A stretch of DNA of 24,000 nucleotides from Candidatus Mycoplasma haematobovis (lineage in GTDB: Bacteria > Bacillota_I > Bacilli_A > Mycoplasmatales > Mycoplasmoidaceae). Below the pieces are notes generated by a model. The model did no database searches. It saw only the letters and a program-made list of their open reading frames with translations, and was not told the DNA's origin. The DNA lies in contig NZ_LWUJ01000012.1 in assembly GCF_001645765.1 (NCBI RefSeq), positions 147,020 to 171,019 on the forward strand, in the 5' to 3' direction. Positions 8,742 to 18,416 of the stretch are shown here, in pieces; position 1 is the stretch's first letter; each line of letters begins with the position of its first letter. The translations under genes and the position numbers were made by a program.

Positions 8742-9076
8742 TAGTAATATCAAGGCATTCCAAAAGTAATAGCACTATTTCAATAGCTTTGTGTAAATCT
8801 AAAGTTTGGTCTTAAAGCAGTCTTGTAAGTATGATATTTTTTCTCTGTTTCAGTACCCTGCACTTTATTTAATAATTCTTGAATAGAGCTAGAAAAGTGT
8901 CCTACAGCAGCAATAGCAGAAACAGATATTAGACCAGCATTATGAAAATAACTATTTCATCTAGTTAAATTAGTAGCTTTACTACCCTTCTTTACGGTTG
9001 TATTTGCTACTTTTTTCGCTTTACTTTCGGCCCCTCCAACTAACAAATATTTCTTATTAAGAGATAATTTTTTCAT
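8741..9076 (-). CDS. Small hypothetical protein (111 aa) immediately downstream of dnaG
   Basis: The ATG is preceded by AAGGAGAT and lies 6 nt after the dnaG stop. Product begins MKKLSLNKKYLLVGGAESKAKK... and has a hydrophobic segment AGLISVSAIAAVGHF. Three in-frame TGA codons. Confidence 0.5.
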
Positions 9077-9082
9077 ATCTCC

Positions 9083-10921
9083 TTAATGTACATTTTTTCC
9101 AAAAAAGGAAGAATTCTTTCTGTATTCTGAACCTTTTTTTTGCACTTCTTTTTGTATTTCTAAATAGCTATTCTTTTTCTTTAATTTCTCAGGAAATTCT
9201 AAGAATTCATCTTTACTAACAATTTCAATTAATTTATCCAAATAAGCCCTATGTAAACTGTAATAATTATCAAAAAAAGTTTCTTTACTCTTTATCTCTA
9301 TTGGTCTCTCTTTTTGAAAAGCACTATTATCGTATGCTGTTGTTATGCCCTCAATAGTATTATTTAATAAATTAAAAAAATCTCTTGTTTCTTCAGAAAA
9401 AGTAGTGCAATCTATAGGCAACTCTACTCTTCATTTTTCACTACTTTCCAATTGATTTAAATTCTTCTCTAAATAAGGAATTAAAGGAAAGTACTTAGAA
9501 AATAATGTACCAAAGAGACTTATTGAAAATTTAGTAGTAGGAGTAATATTGACTCTTACTGTTTTTGTAGGCTCTTGTAATAAAGAGCACATAATAGCAT
9601 TGGAATAACGCTCATATTTCTTATTAATAGCTTCTTGATGTTTAGTTTCAGTAAATAACTTTATTTCTTTATAAAAGTCAAAGATTATTCGTATGGAGCT
9701 ACTAGCATAAGCTAAATCTATACCATGTCTTATCTTAATTTCATCATTATGATCTTGAAATAAGAACTCTAAAGAGTTAGTAATAAGCATTTGCAAATTA
9801 ATTATTTCTTCCAAATTACTCTTCTTTGCAATATATTTTTTGTATCAACTAAAGAAATGAATAGGATTAAGTAGTTTTTCTTCTGCTTCTTTTTGATTAC
9901 TCTTTAAATATTCATCAATATCTTTATGATCACTATCTAATAAATCTACTACTTGAACAGAAAAACCATTTTGAAGTAATATTTTGAAAGTATTAATGGT
10001 TGAATTTCAACCAGCATTATCGTTATCAAAACAACATACTATATTCTTTGAAAATTCTTTCAAAGTACTTAATACTATTGAATTCAAAGAAGTACCCATA
10101 CAAGCAACACTATTCCTAATACCAATCATTTCTGAACTAAGTACATCAAAAAAGCCTTCATATAAATAAATAGGTTTTTGACTCTCTAATGCTTGAATAT
10201 TGAAAATAGTAGCTTTCTTACTAAATAGTACACTAGATCTAATATTTAAATACTTAGGAGTAATATCACCTAATGCTCTTCCAGAAAATCCAACTATTTG
10301 ATTATCTTTATCACATATAGGAAAGATAATTCTATCTCTATAGAATGGCTCCTTTATTCCTTGCTTATTGTAAGAAAAGATACCTGCTTTTTTGAAATCC
10401 TCTTCTTCAAATTTCTCACTTTCATTAGCATCAGAGTAGCTCTTAAAGATACTCTCTAAGATATCTTCTTTAGGAGCATAACCAATTTGATATTTATCAA
10501 TAATCTCTTTATCTAAGCCTCTATTAAGTAAATAATCTAATTGTTCTTTATTATTACTGTTGTACAAACATTTGTTATAGGCCATTGCAGTAAGTTCATT
10601 AATTTTGTATAGTTTGGAATAAGAATTAGAGCTATTTGATAAGTAATCATTAGGATTTAAATTAAGTATTTGTGCTATTTTTTTGATGGCAGCAACATAA
10701 TTACATTTCTCTATTTTCATCACAAATGCAATAGCATCTCCAGAGATATTGCATGAAAAACACTTAAATATATTCTTTTCTGGAGTTACAGAAAGAGAAG
10801 GACTAGTATCTTGATGAAAAGGACAAACACACCAATGATTAGCTCCTTTTTGTACTGTCTTTACAAAGTGCTGAACAACCTTTAATATTGGAAAATTAGA
10901 AGTTGGCTTTGTAGTTTGCAT
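9083..10921 (-). CDS. dnaG: DNA primase
   Basis: ORFs 10007-10921, 9431-9814 and 9083-9421 are in one frame and joined by TGA codons. Zinc ribbon CPFHQDTSPSLSV...FKCFSCNISGD. TOPRIM-like YLYEGFFDVLS and CCFDNDNAG. 612 aa. Confidence 0.9.
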
Positions 10922-12167
10922 TTTCTAGCTCTTCAAGACTTATTCTTTTTTGTTTCATAGTATCTCTATCTCTAATAGTAAATGTTAAATTATTGGGAGT
11001 TGATTCTTGATCTATAGTAATACAATAAGGAGTACCAATAGCATCATTCTTTCTATATCTCTTTCCTATAGAACCTTTATCCATGAAGGCCACTGAAATA
11101 CCTTTCTTAATTAAAGATCTAAATAAATCATAAGCTAAATCTTTTTCATTTTTTGTTAGAGGCAAAATAGCAAAAGAATAAGGAGCTAATTCAGACTTAA
11201 TCTTTAATACTTCTCTACTCTCTCCATTCTCTAATTCCTCTATTACATAAGCATCAGAGACTACCGCAAATAAGAGTCTATTTAAACCAATTGAATGCTC
11301 TACTATATATGGAATATATTTCTCATTAGTCTGGGGATTCAAATAGCTCATATCTTTATTAGAGCTAGTTTGATGCGCTTTCAAATCAAAATCTGTTCTA
11401 TTTGCTAATCCTCATAATTCACCTCAACCATGGGGGAATTTAAACTCTATATCTACAGATCTTGAAGAATAGTGAGCTCTATCTCCTTCACCAATCTCAA
11501 CCACTTTAATATTTTCTTTGTTAATAGCTAATTCCTCAAGTAAGAATGATTTCATCTCTTCCACACACTTCTCAAAACACTTATTAGCTTTATCTTTATG
11601 CACAAATCATTCACATTCCATTTGTTCAAATTCTTTAGTTCTGAAAATAAAGTGTGAAATAGTTACTTCATTTCTGAAAGCTTTACCTATTTGACCTATA
11701 CAAAAAGGTATCTTAGCATTGGAAGCGCGAAGAATATTTTTGAAATTTATGAAAATGGATTGAGCTGTTTCTGGTCTTAAATAGTTATCTTCTTGGGTTT
11801 TGAAAATTAAATTAAAGGATTTACTATCTGTTCAATCAATAACTCCACAATTAGGGCACTTTTGATCTTCTGGCAAATGATCTTGTCTATATCTCTTTTT
11901 GCATTGCTTACAGTCTACTAAGACATCGTTAAAGTGTTGCATATGCCCAGAAGCTTTTCATACATTTTCTGAAGTAAATATTGAAGCATCTAAGAAATAA
12001 GCATTCTCTCTACTACTAATAAAGTACTGTTCTCAAGCTCTCTGTATATTCTTCTTTAATAACACTCCTAAATGGCCATAATCGTAATATCCACTCTTCC
12101 CCCCATAAATTTCATTACCAATTATCACAAAGCCGTATTGCAATAGGTAGTTATTGATATTTGACAT
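10896..12167 (-). CDS. glyQS: Glycine--tRNA ligase (alpha2 type)
   Basis: ATG at 12167. 423 aa read through in-frame TGA codons. Class II GlyRS-like blocks: [76 protein letters not shown]. Overlaps dnaG by 26 nt. Confidence 0.9.
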
Positions 12168-12208
12168 ATTGAAAATTTTAAGTTTATTTGGTTTGTAGGC
12201 TAATTTAA

Positions 12209-12275
12209 AAAGTGGTTGAAAATCCCGAAATAATTAAAAAAAATAAAAAAAGTAGCGAAAAGTGGTAAATTGTGG
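12209..12275 (+). promoter_or_regulatory. Putative MraZ operator: direct repeats AAAGTAG / AAAGTGG / ATTGTGG at an exact 10-bp period, plus an upstream AAAGTGG
   Basis: Boxes at 12249-12255, 12259-12265 and 12269-12275, with another at 12209-12215 (40 bp upstream). The array ends 24 bp before the mraZ ATG, in the glyQS/mraZ divergent intergenic region. Confidence 0.6.
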
Positions 12276-12298
12276 TTAAGATTTTTAGTGAATAATAG

Positions 12299-12748
12299 AT
12301 GTTGCGAAATGAAAAAGGAATTGTCTTTATTGGAGAGCATGAAGTAACAATGGATAGCAAGAACAGAATTACTATCCCTAGTAAGTGGAAAGAAAAATTA
12401 GGACTAGAGATAGTTATCTCTAAGCATTACGATGACTGCTTAGCAATCAGAACTCCAGTTACTTTTGAAAATTATTGTGAAAAATTAATGAGTTACGATG
12501 AGAATGATATTAAGGCTAGAGCATTAAGAAGAGAGACATTAGGTAGATCACATGAAATTGCATTAGATAAATGGTATAGATTTGTAATACCAGGAAGTCT
12601 AGCTACTAATCTTCAGAAAGGTACGCTAGTAATGGTAGGGGTAGGGGATTTAATAGAGGTATGAAGCAAAGAAGCACTGAAAAATTGAAGAGACGATGAA
12701 AGAAATCGTTTGGAAACCGTGGGGCAAGAGCTGTCGCAACAAAAGTAA
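12299..12748 (+). CDS. mraZ: Transcriptional regulator MraZ
   Basis: Two SpoVT/AbrB-like halves: MDSKNRITIPSKWKEKL and LDKWYRFVIPGSL. ORF 12299-12664 extends across two TGA codons to TAA at 12746-12748. Confidence 0.85.
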
Positions 12749-12750
12749 AT

Positions 12751-13686
12751 ATGTCACCATACGTTGCTCATTTTCCAGTAATGGCTAAAGAAACAGTGGG
12801 ATATTTAGCCCACTCTACTGACGGCCTTTATTTAGATTGTACTTTTGGAGCTGGCGGGCATACTAAACAATTACTTTCTGTAATTTCTCCTAATGCTAGA
12901 GTAATAGGACTAGATTTAGATCAAAGAGCAGTTGAAATAGGTAAAGAATTAGAGAAAGAAGATAATAGATTTTCAATAATACATATGAATTTTGCTGACT
13001 ATGTTAAGTACAGAAAAGAACATGACTTACCTAAAGCAAAAGGAGTTATTTTTGATTTAGGGGCTTCTACTATGCAACTTAAAGATAAAGAAAGAGGCTT
13101 TAGTTACAAATATGATGCCCATTTAGATATGCGTATGGATCAATCTTCTTCTTTAACTGCTGCAGAAATATTGAATACTTATCCAAGAAGAGAGCTTAAA
13201 GATATCTTTAAGAAATATGGAGATATTGCTAATCCAGATAAATTAGTTAATTTAATAAGTCTTTATAGAAAACAAAATGATTTCATTGAAACTACAGAAG
13301 TATTTAAAGCTATAGTTGAAGAAGCTTTCTGAAATATAGATGCTATTAAATTTAATAAAGTATTAAGAAAATGTTTTCAAGCTCTAAGAATAGCTGTTAA
13401 TAAAGAGTTTTCTTCATTAGAGAAAGCTCTAGAGTCATTAAATGAAATTCTTGAAGTAGGAGGAATTGCTTGTATTATTACTTTTCACTCTGGAGAAGAA
13501 AGAATAGTTAGAGCTTGAAAAAGTAAATATTGTGACAATATAGAGATTCAAGACTATTCACAAAATATTCTTAATAAATTTAAATTTGTTACTGAGAAAT
13601 ATATAGTTCCTGAAGAATATGAAATAGTAGAGAATTGAGCTTCTAGATCTTCAAAATTATGAGTTATTCAAAAAGTTAAGGATTAA
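12751..13686 (+). CDS. rsmH: 16S rRNA (cytosine1402-N4)-methyltransferase RsmH/MraW
   Basis: HFPVM...[12 protein letters not shown]...[10 protein letters not shown]-like, [22 protein letters not shown]. The ORF extends across four TGA codons to TAA at 13684-13686. Confidence 0.9.
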
Positions 13687-15511
13687 ATTCTAGTAAGTTA
13701 CTTAATTCTTTAATATAGGGAGAGACTTTTCCAGAAGAACTTAAGAATAATTTTTTCTTTGCTCTAGTAAAGGCCACATAAGCCAATCTTCTTTCTTCCT
13801 CGGCCTCTAAAGAATATTTGTAAGGCAACTTTCCTTCATCTAATTTAATTACAAAAACATAATCAAACTCTAGCCCTTTTGCACCATGTATAGTTCCTAT
13901 ATACAATTGATCCTTCTCAACCCCATATTTAGTCATTTCTTCAATATTCTTTTTGATAACATCCAAATCAAACTTCTCTTCATCTAATACATTCTTTAAT
14001 ATCGCTTTAGCTCTATCATATTTTTCCATATCTCTTTCTGACCAATAACTTCAGTAACCACATTTAGTTAATACATTATTTACTTGCTCTACAATACTTA
14101 ATTCTTGATTTACTAAAGAATTAAGTAATTCAGAAAAAGCTTTCACAGCATAATCTTTTGATTTAGTTATTGCTTCTCTCAAAGAGATATTCTCAACTTT
14201 AGCAGTATTCTTTAATATTTCTTGTTTCTTTATGCCTATCCCTCTATTTGGTTTATTAATAACTCTTTCAAGCGCTCTATCTACTTTTTTTGCATCTTTT
14301 TCAAATGCTACTGAAAGATATGCAATCATATCTTTAATTTCTTCTCTTCTTCAAAAGGCATAAAGCTCTCTAGAGATGAAAGGAATTCTTTTGGCTAGTA
14401 ATAAATTAGTTAATTGATTACCAAAACTATTATTTCTGTAAAGTACTGCACAATTCTTAAGAGCAATATCTTCTTCAGTCTGCAATTTAATAATAGTATT
14501 AACTACATATTTGTCTTCTTCTCCCGCTAAATAACAACTTACTTTATTCCCATCAGGATTATTAGTATTTAATTCTTTTGAAAATATACCTCTATTCTTA
14601 TTAATTAAAGTATTAGCTGTCTCTAAGATTTGAGGAGTAGATCTGTAATTAAGCTCTAATTTAAATAATTCTGCATTTTTGTAATGTTCTTTAAATTCTT
14701 CAAAAGAATTCTTTAGAGCCCCTCTAAAGCCATAAATAGCTTGATCTGGATCTCCTACACAAAAAATATTTGCTTCTTTTTCAGTTAATTTCTTAATTAT
14801 TTCAAACTGTATTTCATCAATATCTTGAAATTCATCAAATAATACTGCCTTAAATTGCTGATTTCATATCTCTCTTATTTGTTCGTTATTTAATAATTCA
14901 TTAGCTTTCAAAAGAATATCATCAAAATCTAATTGATTATGTTTCTGTAATTTCTTTTCATAGCTGTTGTAAACAGCTTTCATTTCTTTATATGGAAATT
15001 TATCAAGCACTTTACTTTCTTTAAATCTAGTTATTTCTTTTCCAATATTAACTAAGTCTGCTTCTGTAAAGTCTTTAGTTCTTATTTTTCATTTAATTTT
15101 CCTAATAATATCAGTAGCAAACTTAATATTAGTAATTGATAACTTTAGTTCTTCAGTAATTATTTCTCTTATGTAATATTCAGTTCTCTTAGGAAAACAA
15201 ATAGCAAAACTAAAGCCACTAGACTCTAATAAAGTTTTGGCAAATTTATGAAAAGTAGAGATGTAAGTATTCTTTAGATCTAAATTATTAATAGTTTGCT
15301 CTATTCTTTTTCTCATTTCTTGAGCAGCTTTCTTAGTGAAAGCAATAGCAAGAATATTATTTGGACTTATTCCATATTCTTTAACTAAATATTCATATCT
15401 CTTTACTAATATTGTTGTTTTGCCTGTACCTGCTCCAGCAACAACTAATATTGGTTTAAGAGGTGCAGTTATAGCTTCTTTTTGTTGTTTATTTAATTCT
15501 TCTGTATTCAT
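13676..15511 (-). CDS. UvrD/PcrA-family SF1 helicase, paralog 3 (611 aa, no acidic tail)
   Basis: ORFs 15089-15511, 14051-14329 and 13676-14029 are in one frame. I translated the gaps and found only TGA codons. Motifs [51 protein letters not shown] and [10 protein letters not shown] are present. Its 3' end overlaps the rsmH 3' end by 11 nt (convergent). Confidence 0.9.
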
Positions 15512-15564
15512 ATTTCATTAATGTTTGACAATAGTAAAAAAGGTAGAAATTAAAAGAAAGAGAT

Positions 15565-15888
15565 ATGCGAGTAAGATTTAAGAAGCCTTTAATTGTGCTG
15601 GGTAGTGCTGGGGCAGTTGGAGGAGCTGGTTATTATGCTTTTTCCAGATGATCTAGCGATGAACTTACTGTAGCACCTAAAGTTAGCAATGCTCCTAAAT
15701 GATTTAATAAACTTAAAAATTCCAAAAAAGAATCACTTCCTGTAGATTTACAGGCGGCCCAAATTTGAACAAAATTGGGAGATACACCGGATCATCAAAG
15801 AGTAGCAAGCAACTGAATTGAATTGTTTTGCTCAGAGGAGCCAAAACCTAGCAATAATGAGTATTGTAATAAGGAAAATATAAATTAA
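15565..15888 (+). CDS. Small hypothetical membrane-anchored protein (107 aa)
   Basis: MRVRFKKPLIVLGSAGAVGGAGYYAF, followed by a Trp/Cys-containing region. Four in-frame TGA codons. Divergent from helicase 3 (53-bp spacer). Overlaps the MTase 3' end by 4 nt. Confidence 0.5.
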
Positions 15889-16862
15889 TTTATAGGTGTG
15901 CCATCTAATACTTTTAAGATCTCTTTAGCTATTGCATAAATTACTGGTACTGAGACAGAATTACCAAATTGTTTGTAAGCTTGATTGTCGCTTACAGGTA
16001 TTAGATAATTATCAGGAAATCCTTGTAGTCTTGCGGCCTCTCTAGGCGTTATCTTTCTAGGATTTTTATTTTCCTGCTCTATTAGTATCTCACTACCATC
16101 TTTGTAATATCTTGCAGAAATGGTATTAGTATATCTACTGTTCTTGTTGAATAATGAAAAACCAAACCCTCTACCTTTTGCTATATGTTTGGCTTTTCTT
16201 CTTTGATGCCCTTCCCAAAGTAAATCAGAAATAGTATATTTACTATCTACATTCTGCTCTAATATATTGCCTACATAAGTACTTTCTAAAGTTGGAGTGG
16301 GCATTTTGAATTCTTCATAACTGCTAATCAATCCTTTATTAAAGCCAACAATATATATTCTTTCTCTATTTTGAGGCACTCCAAAGTCTCTAGCTCTAAG
16401 TATAGAATAAGTAACATAGTAGTTTAATTTTTCTAAATTATCCTTAATTATTTTGAATGTTTCGCCTTTATTATGCGTCTTTAAATTCTTTACATTTTCA
16501 AGAAGAAATGATTTTGGTTTCTTATCTTCAAGAATTCTTATTATTTCAAAAAATAATGCTCCCCTTTCATCATTAAAGCCTTTTTTCTTGCCTGCTTGAC
16601 TGAATGCTTGACAAGGAAATCCAGCTACTAATATTTCGTGATCATCAATATCATTAGTATTTATTTCTCTAATATCTCCGGCCGTATCTTCACCAAAATT
16701 AGTTTTGTAAGTGATTTTTGCAAATTTATCAATTTCACTACTAAACACTACTTTAACTTGTCCAGTTAAGTGAAAGCCTAATCTTGTCCCACCAATACCA
16801 GCAAATAAATCAATCATTTTATATTTAGCTTTTTCATTATTAGGGAAAGGTATTGATTTCAT
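15885..16862 (-). CDS. DNA (cytosine-5)-methyltransferase (type II R-M modification subunit)
   Basis: Canonical C5-MTase motifs: I DLFAGIGG, IV GFPCQAFS, VI ENV, VIII QNRERIYIVG, X GNSVSVPV. TRD contains TISARYYKDGSEILI. Confidence 0.92.
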   Translation of the reverse strand: MKSIPFPNNEKAKYKMIDLFAGIGGTRLGFHLTGQVKVVFSSEIDKFAKITYKTNFGEDTAGDIREINTNDIDDHEILVAGFPCQAFSQAGKKKGFNDERGALFFEIIRILEDKKPKSFLLENVKNLKTHNKGETFKIIKDNLEKLNYYVTYSILRARDFGVPQNRERIYIVGFNKGLISSYEEFKMPTPTLESTYVGNILEQNVDSKYTISDLLWEGHQRRKAKHIAKGRGFGFSLFNKNSRYTNTISARYYKDGSEILIEQENKNPRKITPREAARLQGFPDNYLIPVSDNQAYKQFGNSVSVPVIYAIAKEILKVLDGTPIN

Positions 16863-16910
16863 AGTTTGAATTAATATTTTTTTAGTAGTATTGGAAAAGT
16901 TATTTTAAGA

Positions 16911-17822
16911 ATGAACGAACAATCTTTAAAGGAATTTAAAAAATTTGTTAGAGAATGACAAAAACAGCGTTCTAAAGCGGCTTGAGAATTAATTTGTGAA
17001 TTATTTATTGAGTTAGGTTTTAATAAACAAAATAAGAATTATTTTTTAGAGAATGCTAGTACTGTTATTGAAGAAATAAGATGAAAAAGTTTTAAAGAAT
17101 TGAAAAATAGAGAGATATTTTCATTAGATCATGTATTTGAATATTTATTTAAAGAAGCTAAAATTAGTGATCCAAAAACTAAAGAAATAATTGTTAATTT
17201 CTTAAAGCAATTTCATGAACATCTTTATTCATTGAATTTATCCTTAACTCAAAGCAGAAGATCAAGAACCGGAAAGGAATTTGAAAGTATTATTGAATTA
17301 ATTTTTTCTAGTAGCAATATTCCCGTAAATAATCAAAGTGTTATTAAAAATAAAGATTCAAAAAAATTAATAGATTTTATCTCTCCTAGCTCTGTAGAGT
17401 ATCAAATAGACAAAGATAAAGTGATCTTTATTAGTGTAAAGACCACTTTGAGAGAAAGATGGCAAGAAGTAATAGATGAAATAAATAGAGCAGAAATAAC
17501 AAAGATTTTCTTAATAACTTTAGATGAAAAATTAACTAAGAATTTATTACATACTTGTAAACAATTAAATATACAGTTAGTAACGCTTAAATCTGTTAAA
17601 GAGAAATATTATTTTAATAGCAATGAAATAATATCTATTGAAGAGCTATTAAATATTTGCAAAAACAACTTGGTTTATTGGATTAATTATGACTATTCTG
17701 AAAAAGAAAGACAAGAAATTAGAGAAATATTGAATAAACAATTAAAAAAATATTCACAGTTACAAGAAATAAAGGAATACTACTTAAGAAAAATTAAAGA
17801 AGTATCTGAATCTAATCAGTAG
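16911..17822 (+). CDS. Putative type II restriction endonuclease (PD-(D/E)xK-like)
   Basis: ORF 17100-17822 extends upstream across three TGA codons to ATG 16911 (303 aa). It is divergent from the MTase (48-bp spacer). Nuclease-like pattern: RTGKEFESIIE ... IDFISP ... VIFISVKTTLRERWQ. Confidence 0.55.
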
Positions 17823-17856
17823 AGGGTTGAAAAATATCATATTTAGCCTTTGTACA

Positions 17857-17892
17857 GAAGAAAGAAAAAGCGCTACGACTTTTTTCTTTCTT
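17857..17892. terminator. Strong hairpin after the nuclease gene, nested inside a 10-bp inverted repeat
   Basis: GAAGAAAGAAAAAG - loop CGCTACGA - CTTTTTTCTTTCTT (about 13 bp stem with one bulge). Outer arms AGAGGGTTGA (17821-17830) and TCAACCCTCT (17899-17908). Confidence 0.6.
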
Positions 17893-18107
17893 ATTTCATC
17901 AACCCTCTATTAATTCTATGTCTTTTGCATCGCCTTTTAGCCCTTGCAAGCAACCTATTTCTGCATGAAATTTATTTTCATTATTTTTCAATATGATTAA
18001 GTAATTGGTATTTCATTTATCAACATTTGCATCTGTAATTAACTATCTCCATCTGGCTTTTGTTTGATCTAATTACATATCATTTTTGGGTATTTTCTGA
18101 ATCTTTA

Positions 18108-18332
18108 CTATATTTTGAATTCATTATCGTTGTAATTTCTTTCCTCCTTCTTGTCTATTACTTCAATTACCCCAATAGCTTTCTTAATATTCTCTTCATA
18201 TGATTCAAATTCTTCTTGTCATTGAGTAGCTAAATCACTCGAAAGAAAAGAAGAAATTAAATTAAGTCCTTTAGCAAATAAATCTTGACTTACAGTAGTG
18301 GATTTTTGAGACTTAAATAATTTACAGCACAT
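18108..18332 (-). CDS. Small ORF (74 aa), possibly a gene remnant
   Basis: MCCKLFKSQKSTTVSQDLFAKGLNLISSFLSSDLATQWQEEFESYEENIKK... Downstream DNA (17910-18107) has stops in all frames. Confidence 0.25.
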
Positions 18333-18416
18333 ACTGTACTTACACTAGATGCAATCTTTATTAAAGAAACTACTTCTTATTTAGTACTCTAATTTTTAAA
18401 TTTAAATAAATATTTA

